From Macrostomum lignano (lineage: Eukaryota): a DNA stretch of 64,000 nucleotides. The stretch is taken from assembly GCA_002269645.1 (NCBI GenBank), contig NIVC01000467.1, forward strand, positions 310,001-374,000, given 5' to 3'. Positions 32,181 to 43,600 of this stretch are shown piece by piece. Numbering within the stretch: the first letter of the stretch is position 1; the number at the start of each line of letters is the position of its first letter. The translations under genes were made by a program, and so were the position numbers. The notes below the pieces were generated by a model. The model saw nothing but the letters and a program-made list of their open reading frames with translations, did not search any database and was not told the DNA's origin.

Positions 32181-35100
32181 CTAGCAATCTTCGCCCCCCG
32201 TTGGGGGACATCTGTATAGAATCTCTGTTCTCTACAAGTAATAAGAAGATAGCCAAATAAAGCTTTCACAAAGAAAACAAACAAACTACTCAAATGAAGT
32301 GCAATGCAAAAAAAATCATCCCAAGACAGCAAGCATCCCCCAGATAGCAAGCATCCCCCAGATTGCAAGCATCAACCAAATAGCAAGCATCCCCCAGATA
32401 GCAAGCATCCCCAGATAGCAAGCATCCCCCAGATAGCAAGCATCCCCCAGATAGCAAGCATCCCCCAGATAGCAAGCACCCCCTAGATAGCAAGAATCCC
32501 CCAGATAGATAGCATCCCCAAATAGCAAGCATCCACCAGACAATAAGTAGCTAGTGCGACAATTTCCTTAGCATTATAGTGGCTCCTTTAAAATTCACTC
32601 ACTTTTACATTTTGAATTGTGTATCTTTTATGTTTGACATAGTGGCTCTTTTATGTTTGAAATGAAGTCACTTATATGTTTGACATGGTGAATCTTTTAA
32701 ATGTTTTACAGGTTGGCTCTTTAATTTTCAACATGGTGGCTCTTTTATGTTCTACATGGTGGCTCTTTTATATCAGACATGGTGGCTCTTTTATGTTCTA
32801 CATGGTGGTTCTTTTATGTTCGACATGGTGGCTCCTTTATGTTCAACATGGTGGCTCCTTTATGTTCGACATGGTGGCTCTTTAATGTTTGACATGGTGG
32901 CTTTTTAATGTTTGACATAGTGGCTCTTTAATATTCAACAAAGTGGCTCTTTAATGTTTGACATAATGACTCTTTAATGTTCAAAATGGTGGCTCTTTAA
33001 TGTTTGACATGGTGGCTCGTTAATGTTCGACATGGTGGCTCTTTAACGTTCGACATGGTGGCTCTTTAATGTTCGACATGGTGGCTCTTTAATGTTTGAC
33101 ATGGTAGCTCTTTAATGTTCGACATTGTGGCTCTTTAATGTTCGAAATGGTTGTTTTTATGTTTTACATTGTGGCTCTTTAATGCTCAACATTGTGGCTC
33201 TTTTATATTTAAAATAAAGTCTCTTACTCTTATATGTTTGACATGGTGGCTTTTTAATGTTTGACATGGTGGCTCTTTTATGTTTGAAATGAAGTCACTT
33301 ATATGTTTGACATGGTGAATCTTTTAAATGTTTTACAGGTTGGCTCTTTAATTTTCAACATGGTGGCTCTTTTATGTTCGAAATGGTGGCTCTTTTATAT
33401 CAGACATGGTGGCTCTTTTATGTTCTACATGGTGGTTCTTTTATGTTCGACATGGTGGCTCCTTTATGTTCAACATGGTGGCTCCTTTATGTTCGACATG
33501 GTGGCTCTTTAATGTTTGACATGGTGGCTTTTTAATGTTTGACATAGTGGCTCTTTAATATTCAACAAAGTGGCTCTTTAATGTTTGACATAATGACTCT
33601 TTAATGTTCAAAATGGTGGCTCTTTAATGTTTGACATGGTGGCTCGTTAATGTTCAACATGGTGGCTCTTTAACGTTCGACATGGTGGCTCTTTAATGTT
33701 CGACATGGTGGCTCTTTAATGTTTGACATGGTAGCTCTTTAATGTTCGACATTGTGGCTCTTTAATGTTCGAAATGGTTGTTTTTATGTTTTACATTGTG
33801 GCTCTTTAATGCTCAACATTGTGGCTCTTTTATATTTAAAATAAAGTCTCTTACTCTTATATGTTTGACATGGTGACTCTTTAATGTTCAAAATTGTGGC
33901 TCTTTAATGTTTGACATGGTGGCTCTTTTATGTTTGAAATGAAGTCACTTATATGTTTGACATGGTGAATCTTTTAAATGTTTTACAGGTTGGCTCTTTA
34001 ATTTTCAACATGGTGGCTCTTTTATGTTCGAAATGGTGGCTCTTTTATATCAGACATGGTGGCTCTTTTATGTTCTACATGGTGGTTCTTTTATGTTCAA
34101 CATGGTGGCTCCTTTATGTTCAACATGGTGGCTCCTTTATGTTCGACATGGTGGCTCTTTAATGTTTGACATGGTGGCTTTTTAATGTTTGACATAGTGG
34201 CTCTTTAATATTCAACAAAGTGGCTCTTTAATGTTTGACATAATGACTCTTTAATGTTCAAAATGGTGGCTCTTTAATGTTTGACATGGTGGCTCGCTAA
34301 TGTTTGACATGGTGGCTCTTTAACGTTCGACATGGTGGCTCTTTAATGTTCGACATGGTGGCTCTTTAATGTTTGACATGGTAGCTCTTTAATGTTCGAA
34401 ATGGTTGTTTTTTTGTTTTACATTGTGGCTCTTTAATGCTCAACATTGTGGCTCTTTTATATTTAAAATAAAGTCTCTTACTCTTATATGTTTGACATGG
34501 TGACTCTTTAATGTTCAAAATTGTGGCTCTTTAATGTTTGACATGGTGGCTCTTTAATGTTCAACATAGTGGCTCTTTAATGTTCGACACGATGGCACTT
34601 TAATGTTTGACATGGTGGCTCTTTAATGTTTGACATGGTAGCTCTTTAATGTTCGACACGATGGCACTTTAAAGTTTGACATGGTGGTTCTTTAATGTTT
34701 GATATGGTAGCTCTTTAATGTTCGACATGGTGGCTCTTTAATGGTCGAAATGTTTTTTTTGTTTTATAGTGGCTCTTTAATGTTCAACATGGTAGCTAGC
34801 TCTTTTTGTTTGAAATAAAGTCTCTTATATGTTTGACATGGTGGCTCTTTAATGTTCAGCATGATGGCTCTTTAATGTTCAACATGAAGTCACGTATATG
34901 TTTGATATAGAGTCACATATATGTTTTACATAGTGGCTCTTTTATGTTTGACATGGTGGCTCTTTTATGTTTGAAATGGTGGCTCTTTAATGTTTGACAT
35001 GGTGGCTCTTTTCTGCTTGACATGATGGTTCTTTTATGTTTGAAATGGTAGCTCTTTAATGTTTGATATAGTGGCTCTTTTATGTTTGAAATGGTGGCTC

Positions 35101-36122
35101 TTTAATGTTTGACATGGTGGCTCTTTAATGTCAACATAGTGGCTCCTTTATGTTCAACATGAATGGCTCTTTTATATTAGACATGGTGGCCCTTTAATGT
35201 TTGACATGGTGGCTCTTTTCTGGTTGACATGATGGTTCTTTTATGTTTGAAATGGTAGCTCTTTAATGTTTGATATAGTGGCTCTTTAATGTTTGACATG
35301 GTGGCTCTATTATGTTTACATGGTAACTCTTTAATTTTTGACATTGTGGCCCTTTAATGTTCGAAATGGTGGCTCTTTAATGTTTGACATGGTAGCTCTT
35401 TAATGTTCGACATGGTGGCTCTAATGTTGGACATTGTGGCTCTTTTATGTTTGACATGGTGGCTCTTTGATGTTTGACATGGTGGCTCTTTAATGTTCGA
35501 CATGGAGGCACGTATATGCTTGGCATGATGGCCCTTTTATGTTTAGCATTTTGTGTTTTTAGGGTGTTTTAACAAAAAAATTATTTTGCTCTACTAAGAT
35601 TCGAACCCAGGTCACTACATTAGCAGTCCAGTCTACTCGCATCTAGGCTATCTCTTTTTAATTTGAGAACATGAATTGTGGCCCTTATAATTCAATTCTT
35701 ACAGCAAGTCAATTGGAGTAAAAAGTTATGACATAATCAATTTCTCAGTCAGCCAGTATCAGTCCCAATTTAAGTTAGCAATATTGGTTACGCAATTTCT
35801 ATCAAGTCGTGTGTGCATTTCTTTGACACTGTTTTCAACTTTTTGTGATGCAATCTTTATCACAATCGGAATTCAGTCAGTCAGTTTTTTCTCTAGCATT
35901 CTTACAATGCATTTCAAGTCAAAAATTTGGCTTGACCTTTGCAAAAAAGCATGTTTTTCGAATATTTAATCCCTTTAAAATTGAGCAATTTCTTAGCCAA
36001 GATGCATGTACCGTCCCAGAAAAATTTCTGATCAAATGGTGCAAGTTTGAAGAAAATCGGTTAAGCCGTTTTTTCTGAAATCTATCTCACAGAGACACAC
36101 ATTTCATTTTTAGTATATAGGA
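32181..36122 (-). mobile_element. Non-autonomous Helitron, copy A (3942 bp)
   Basis: On the minus strand the 5' end is TCCTATATACTAAAAATG, followed by CCGATTTTCTTCAAACTTG. The 3' end has a GC hairpin CCCCCAACGGGGG about 10 nt before the terminal CTAG, followed by T. There are no TIRs or TSD and no Rep/Hel ORF. The interior holds 18-bp and 23-bp tandem arrays. Confidence 0.85.
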
Positions 36123-39100
36123 CTAGCAATCTTCGCCCCCCGATGGGGGACATCTGGATAGAATCCTTGTTCTTTAAAAATAACAAATAGACAGCGAAAT
36201 AAAGCCTTTAAAAAACAACAACAGACATTCCCTCTTAAAAACAAAACATCCCAAGACGGCAAGCATCCTCAGACAGCATTCAAGCATCGATCCCCAAATA
36301 GCAAGCATCCCCCAGACTGCAAGCATCCCCCAGGTAGCAAGCATCCCCCCGATAGCAAGCATCCCCCCCATAGCAAGCAACCCCAGATAGCAAGCATCCC
36401 CAGATAGCAAGCAACCCCAGATAGCAAGCATCCCCAGATAGCAAGCATTCCCCCAGACCCCAGATAGTAAGCATCCCCCAGATAGCAAGCATCCCGCAGA
36501 TAGCAAGAATCCCCCAGATAGCAAGCATCCCCAAATAGCAAGGATTTCCCCAGACCCCAGATAGTAAGCATCCCCAGATAGCAAGCATTCCCCCAGACCC
36601 CAGATAGTAAGCATCCCCCAGATAGCAAGCATCCCGCAGATAGCAAGCATCCCACAGATAGCAAGCATCCCCCCCCCATAGCAAGCAACCCCAGATAGCA
36701 AGCATCCTCAGATAGCAAGCAACCCCAGATAGCAAGCATCCCCAGATAGCAAGCATTCCCCCAGACCCCAGATAGTAAGCATCCCCCAGATAGCAAGCAT
36801 CCCGCAGATAGCAAGCATCCCCCAGATAGCAAGCATCCCCAGATAGCAAGCATTCCCCCAGACCCCAGATAGCAAGCATCCCCCAGATAGCAAGCAACCC
36901 CTGATAGCAAGGTTATCCATAACCTGGATGCAAAGATACCTTATAGATATCTAGCAACCCCCTCTCAGATAGCAAGTACCCTCCACCCACAAGAGCAAGC
37001 ATCCCCCTGTAAGCAAGTATCCATCCTTAAATAGCAAGCATCCACCAGAGAACAAGTAGCTAGTGCAACAATTTCCTTAGCTTTATAATGGTTCCATTTT
37101 GTTTGGCATGACACTTCTTTTATGTTTGAAATGGTGTCTCTTTTTTGTTTAAAAAGGTGGCTCTTTAATGTTTGACATGGTAGCTCTTCTATGTTTGACA
37201 TGGTAGCTCTTCTATGTTTGACATGGTAGCTCTTTTGTGTTTGACATGATAGCTCTTTAATGTTTGACATGGTGGCTCTTTAATGTTTGACATTGAGTCA
37301 CGTATATGTTTCACATGATGGCTCTTTGATGTTTGACATGGTGGCTCCTAAATGTTTCACATGGTGGCTTTGTAATGTTAGACAAAGTGGCTCCTTAATG
37401 TTCGACATCATGGCTGTTTTTTGTTCTAAATGGTAGCTCTTTTATGTCTGACACGGTGGCTCTTTAATGTTCGAAATGGTGGCTCTTTAATGTTTGACAT
37501 AAAGTCACATATATATTTGACATGGTGGCTCTTAAATGTTTGACATGGTGGCTCTTTAATGTTAGACAAAGTGGCTTTTTAATGTTTGACATGGTGGCTC
37601 TTTAATGTTCGAAATGGTGGCTCTTTAATGTTTGACATAAAGTCACATATATATTTGACATGGTGGCTCTTAAATGTTTGACATGGTGGCTCTTTAATGT
37701 TAGACAAAGTGGCTTTTTAATGTCTGACATGGTGGCTCTTTTATGTTTTACATGGTGGCTCTTCTATGTTTGACATGGTGGCTCTTTATTGTTTAACATG
37801 GTGGCTCTTTACTGTTAGACAAAGTGGCTTTTTAATGTTTGACATGGTGGCTCTTTTATGTTTGACATGGTGGCTGTTTTTTGTTCTACATGGTAACTCT
37901 TTTATGTTTGATACGGTGGCTTTTTAATGTCTGACATGGTGGCTCTTTTTTGTTTGACATGGTGGCTCTTAAATGTTTGACATGGTGGCTCTTTTATGTT
38001 TGACATGGCGGCTTTTTAATCTTTGACATAGAGTCACGTATATGTTTGACATAGTGCTTATTTTATGTTTGGCATAGTGGCTCTTTAATGTTTGACATAA
38101 AGCCACATATATGTTTGACATGGTGGCTCTTTAATGTTAGACATGGTGGCTCTTTAATGTTCTACATGGTGGCCCTTTAATGTTCGACATGGTGGTTCTT
38201 TAATGTTCGACATGGTGGCTCTTTAATGTTCTACATGGTGGCCCTTTAATGTTCGACATGGTGGCTCTTTACTGTTAGACATGGTGGCTATTTAATGTTC
38301 GATATGGTGGCACTTTAATGTTTGACATCATGCCAGATTTATGTTTGACATGGTGGCTCTTTAATGTTTGACATGGTGGCTCTTTTAGATTTGACATGGT
38401 GGCTCTTTAATGTTCGACATGGTGGATTTTTAATGTTCGACATGGTGGCTCTTTAATGTTCGATATGGTGGCACTTTAATGTTTGACATCATGCCAGATT
38501 TATGTTTGACATGGTGGCTCTTTTCTGTTTGACATGGTGGCTCTTTAATGTTTGACATGGCGGCTCTTTAATGTTTTACATGGTGGCTCTTTAATGTACG
38601 ACATAATGGCTCTTTTATGTTTAACAATGTGGCTCTTTAATGTTTTACATGGTGGCTCTTTAATGTTCGACTTGGTGGCTCTTTAATGTTCGACATGGTG
38701 GCTCTTTTTAACATCTGACATGGTGGCTCTTCTATGTTTAACATGGTGGCTCTTTTATGTTCGACATGGTGGCTCTTTAATGTTCTTCATGGTGGCTCTT
38801 TTTTGTTCGACATGGTGGCTCTTTTTTGTTCGACATGGTAACTCTTTTATGTTTGATACGGTGGCTTTTTAATGTCTGACATGTTGGCTCTTTTATGTTT
38901 GACATGGTGGCTCTTTAATGTTCGACAAAGTGGCTATTTAATGTTTGACATGGTGGCTATTGTTTGACATGGTAGCTCTTTAATTTTCGAAATGGTGGCT
39001 CTTCAATGTTTGAAATGGTGGCTCTTTTAGATTTGACATGGTGGCTCTTTTAGGTTTGACATGGTGGCTCTTTAATTTTTAACATGGTGGCTCTTTGATG

Positions 39101-41682
39101 TTCTTCATGATATAGCTCTTTTATGTTACACATAGTGGCACTTTAATGTTCGACATGGTGGCTCTTTAATGTTTGACATAAAGTCACATATATGTTTGAC
39201 ATGGTGGCTCTTTAATGTTCGACATGGTAGCTCTTTTATGTTCGACATGGTGGCTCTTAAATGTTTGACATGGTGGCTCTTAAATGTTTGACATGGTGGC
39301 TCTTTAATATTCTACATGGTGGCTCTTTTATGTTAGACATGGTGGCTCTTTAATGTTCGACATAGTGGCTTTTTAAGGTTTGAAATGGTAACTCTTTAAT
39401 GTTTGACATAAAGTCACATATATGTTTGACATGGTGGCTCCTAAATGTTTGACATGGTGGCTCTTTATGTTTGACATGGTGGCTCTTTTATGTTTGACAT
39501 GGTGGCTCTTCTATGTTCGAAATGGTGGCTCTTTTATGTTCGACATGGTGGATCTTTTTTGTTCTACATGGTAACTCTTTTATGTTTGATACGGTCGCTT
39601 TTTAATGTCTGACATGTTGGCTCTTTTATGTTTGACATGGTGGCTCTTTAATGTTCGACAAAGTGGCTCTTTAATGTTTGACATGGTGGCTCTTAAATGT
39701 TTGACATGGTGGCTCTTTATTGTTTGACATGGTGGCTCTTTAATGTTTTACATGGTGGCTCTTTAATGTTCGACATGGTGGCTCTTTAATGTTCGACATG
39801 GTGGCTCTTTTTAACATCTGACATGGTGGCTCTACTATGTTTAACATGGTGGCTCTTTTATGTTCGACATGGTGGCTCTTTAATGTTCTTCATGGTGGCT
39901 CTTTTTTGTTCGACATGGTGGCTCTTTCTTGTTCGACATGGTAACTCTTTTATGTTTGATACGGTGGCTTTTTAATGTCTGACATGTTGGCTCTTTTATG
40001 TTTGACATGGTGGCTCTTTAATGTTCGACAAAGTGGCTATTTAATGTTTGACATGGTGGCTATTGTTTGACATGGTAGCTCTTTAATTTTCGAAATGGTG
40101 GCTCTTCAATGTTTGAAATGGTGGCTCTTTTAGATTTGACATGGTGGCTCTTTTAGGTTTGACATGGTGGCTCTTTAATTTTTAACATGGTGGCTCTTTG
40201 ATGTTCTTCATGATATAGCTCTTTTATGTTACACATGGTGGCACTTTAATGTTCGACATGGTGGCTCTTTAATGTTTGACATAAAGTCACATATATGTTT
40301 GACATGGTGGCTCTTTAATGTTCGACATGGTAGCTCTTTTATGTTCGACATGGTGGCTCTTAAATGTTTGACATGGTGGCTCTTAAATGTTTGACATGGT
40401 GGCTCTTTAATATTCTACATGGTGGCTCTTTTATGTTAGACATGGTGGCTCCTTAATGTTCGACATAGTGGCTTTTTAAGGTTTGAAATGGTAACTCTTT
40501 AATGTTTGACATAAAGTCACATATATGTTTGACATGGTGGCTCCTAAATGTTTGACATGGTGGCTCTTTATGTTTGACATGGTGGCTCTTTTATGTTTGA
40601 CATGGTGGCTCTTCTATGTTCGAAATGGTGGCTCTTTTATGTTCGACATGGTGGATCTTTAATGTTCGAAATGGTGGCTCTTTAATGTTCGAAATGGTGG
40701 CTCTTTTATGTTTGACATGGTGGCTCTTTTATGTTTGACATGGTGGCTCTTTTATGTTCGACATGGTGGCTCTTAAATGTTTGACATGGTGGCTCTTTAT
40801 TGTTTGACATGGTGGCTCTTTAATGTTCAAAATGGTGGCTCTTAAATGTTCGAAATGGTGGCTCTTTAATGTTCGAAATGGTGGCTCTTTTATGTTTGAC
40901 ATGGTGGCTCTTTTATGTTTGACCTGGTGGCTCTTTTATGTTCGACATGGTGGCTCTTTTATGTTTGACATGGTGGCTCTTTTATGTTTGACATGGTGGC
41001 TCTTTAATGTTCGACATGGTGGCTCTTCTATGTTTGATATGGTAACTCTTTTATGTTTGATATGTTGGCTCTTCTATGTTTGACATTGCGCTTCTTTGAT
41101 GTTTTGCAGTTTTGTTGTGTTTTTAAGGTGTTTTAATAAAAAAAATATTTTTGTACTACTAAGATTCGAACCCAGGTTGCTACATTAGCATTCCAGTCTG
41201 TTCGCATCAGGGCTATCTCTTTTCAATTGGAGAACATGAATTGTGGCCCTTATAATTCAATTCTTACAGCAAGTCAATTGGAGTAAAAAGTTATGACATA
41301 ATGAATTTCTCAGTCAGCCAGTATCAGTCTCAGTTAGCAATATGGTTACGCAATTTAAATCAAGTCGTGTGTGCATTTCTTCGGTACTGTTTTCAACTTG
41401 TTGTGATGCAATCTTTATCACAATCGGAATTCAGTCAGTCAGTTTTTTCTCTAGCATTCTTACAATGCATTTCAAGTCGAAAATTTGGCTTGACCTTTGC
41501 AAAAAAGCATGTTTTTCGAATATTTAATCCCTTTAACATTGAGCAATTTCTTAGCCAAGATGCATGTACCGTCCCAGGAAAATTTCTGATCGAATGGTGC
41601 AAGTTTGAAGAAAATCGGTTGAGCCAATTTTTCTGAAATCTATCGCATACCCACATACCCACATACAGACAACTCATTTTTA
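36123..41682 (-). mobile_element. Non-autonomous Helitron, copy B (5560 bp), fused head-to-tail to copy A
   Basis: Same 5' TCCTATATACTA and 3' hairpin+CTAG ends and the same module order as copy A. The junction on the minus strand reads ...GATTGCTAG|TCCTATATACTA with no spacer. Confidence 0.85.
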
Positions 41683-41705
41683 GTATATAGGAAGTTGGAT
41701 AGAAG

Positions 41706-42035
41706 CAGGGAGGCTGTGTGACCCTTTGGCGCACTTTAAGCGACATAGGCACACAACCGGCGAGAGGCATTACTGCCCATTCCGCCAACTCCCCTGAGCA
41801 GGCACACAAGCGCGCGGATACGTACGCAGTCATACGCACAGGCACACACTCACACAGGAGTGTACAGCGGCCCTAACTTTATTTATCGTTAGGCATGTAC
41901 ACTTCACTGTGCCTTTGGGGTTGGCCCTCAAGCTGGGCGGTAATTGCACGAGCAGAGCCAGGCCGAGATTCCGATTTAGTCCCAAATTAATGTGACTGCA
42001 CTTGGCATCGAGCCTGGGCCGCTGGCACATCAGAG
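41706..42035 (-). mobile_element. SINE family X copy, 5'-truncated
   Basis: Near-identical to 58473-58797; reverse-complement homology to 28343-28614. Confidence 0.75.
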
Positions 42036-43244
42036 CGATGACCCTAACAATGACATTAAGATAAAAAATAATAAAGACTGAAAAGTATTTTTTTTAGTTT
42101 CATTCGACTCGAAAAATCTTCTTTTAAATGAAACTGTAATGTTCTTTTAATTACAACAACGCAAAAGACAAATCTTATTATCCTTGAGCAGTGAAAATGT
42201 AACGTTGAACAGGTAGATCAATTTTAGGAGTTGATAAAATCTGACAAAACTTAAACGTCAAGATATAATTTATCAAGCTTTAGCGTCAGATTTTTATTGC
42301 AATTTTTTGAACAATTAAAATACAAAATAACATAACTGGGAATGGACAAAATGAAATCCAACAACATGGAGACTCGATAAAAAAATATAAATCATTTTTA
42401 CACTTTTAATAATCATGTTTTTGAAAGTGGTAAGTGGAACAAAAAATATTAAACCAGGTTTTTCATCATATATATTTATCATAAGATATTGAGTCGGGTA
42501 CACAGCTAAATTTTACCCCAGTTTTACTCCAAAAGACAAAACAAAATACTCTTATAAACAAGTTAAAGCAACAAGTTGTTGCTTTTTATTCAACTTAGCC
42601 AAACAAATAATGACGCACTACTGCCAAAGTGTACATCAGTTTAGTCAGTAATAACAACAAAGAAATCTTTAATGCTGCTCATAAAGTAGTATGTAGTGTA
42701 AACGAAAAACGGCTTATCAAAAAATTAAATTTATACAATTTTGGCGTAATATTACTTTTTATTAATTACGATTAATATTAATAAAAATTAATTAATTTTA
42801 TAAATTTATTAATTAATTAATTAATTAATTATTTATTTATTAATAAACAAAGTATAGGATTTAAAGAAAAATTGATTTAAAAAAGGAACTACATTAATAG
42901 TAGTATTATGTGTATACGCTTAAATATCTTAGACGCTAGTCAATAAAATGATAATTAAAACACAATACACAAAAAATAGAGCTACAACTAGATATTAAAG
43001 AAGCTACAAAGAATATAAAGCTAATTCTTAGTCGAATAGACTCAATTATAAAAATCAATAAAGCTACCAGAGCTTAAAATTGAGCGCGATAAAAAGTTAA
43101 CTAAACAAAAAGTAAACAGTTTAAAAATACTATAATAAATATTTATAGTAATTTTTGAATTCACGAAGTAATAATTCTCGATAATTAAATTTAACACCAC
43201 CATTAAGTTAGATCCTTTGACTTTTGAAGAGGTAGAAAGGGCGA

Positions 43245-43480
43245 TTCTTGAAGGTGTGAGGGCGATTCTGGAAGGTGTGAGGGCGATTCTTGAAGGTGTG
43301 AGGGCGATTATTTAAGGTGTGAGGGCGATTATTTAAGGTGTGAGGGCGATTATTTAAGGTGAGAGGGCGATTATTTAAGGTGCGAGGGCGATTATTTTAG
43401 GTGTGAGGGCGATTATTTAAGGTGAGAGGGCGATTATTTAAGGTGTGAGGGCGATTATTTAAGGTGCGAGGGCGATACTT
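43245..43480. repeat. 21-bp minisatellite downstream of GFOD
   Basis: (GGGCGATTATTTAAGGTGTGA)n. Confidence 0.92.
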
Positions 43481-43600
43481 AAAATCAAATTGTGCAAGAA
43501 TTTGCAAGACACAAATAGTAAACAATCGGAATTAACAGTTAAAACAGGTTGGGTCTGAATTCTGGCGTGAAAGAAGTTCACTTTAAAAAAAGATGCCAAA

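Noticed and set aside
35784-36078. Plus-strand ORFs repeated at 41301-41636
   Set aside because: They lie in the duplicated non-coding 5' segment of the Helitrons, antisense to the element, with no Rep/helicase motifs.
32600-41090. Regularly spaced 23-bp repeats as a possible CRISPR array
   Set aside because: The units are contiguous with no unique spacers, there are no cas genes, and the context is eukaryotic.
42600-43200. Very AT-rich tract with ATTA runs
   Set aside because: Low complexity, with no ends, ORF or periodicity that I can support.
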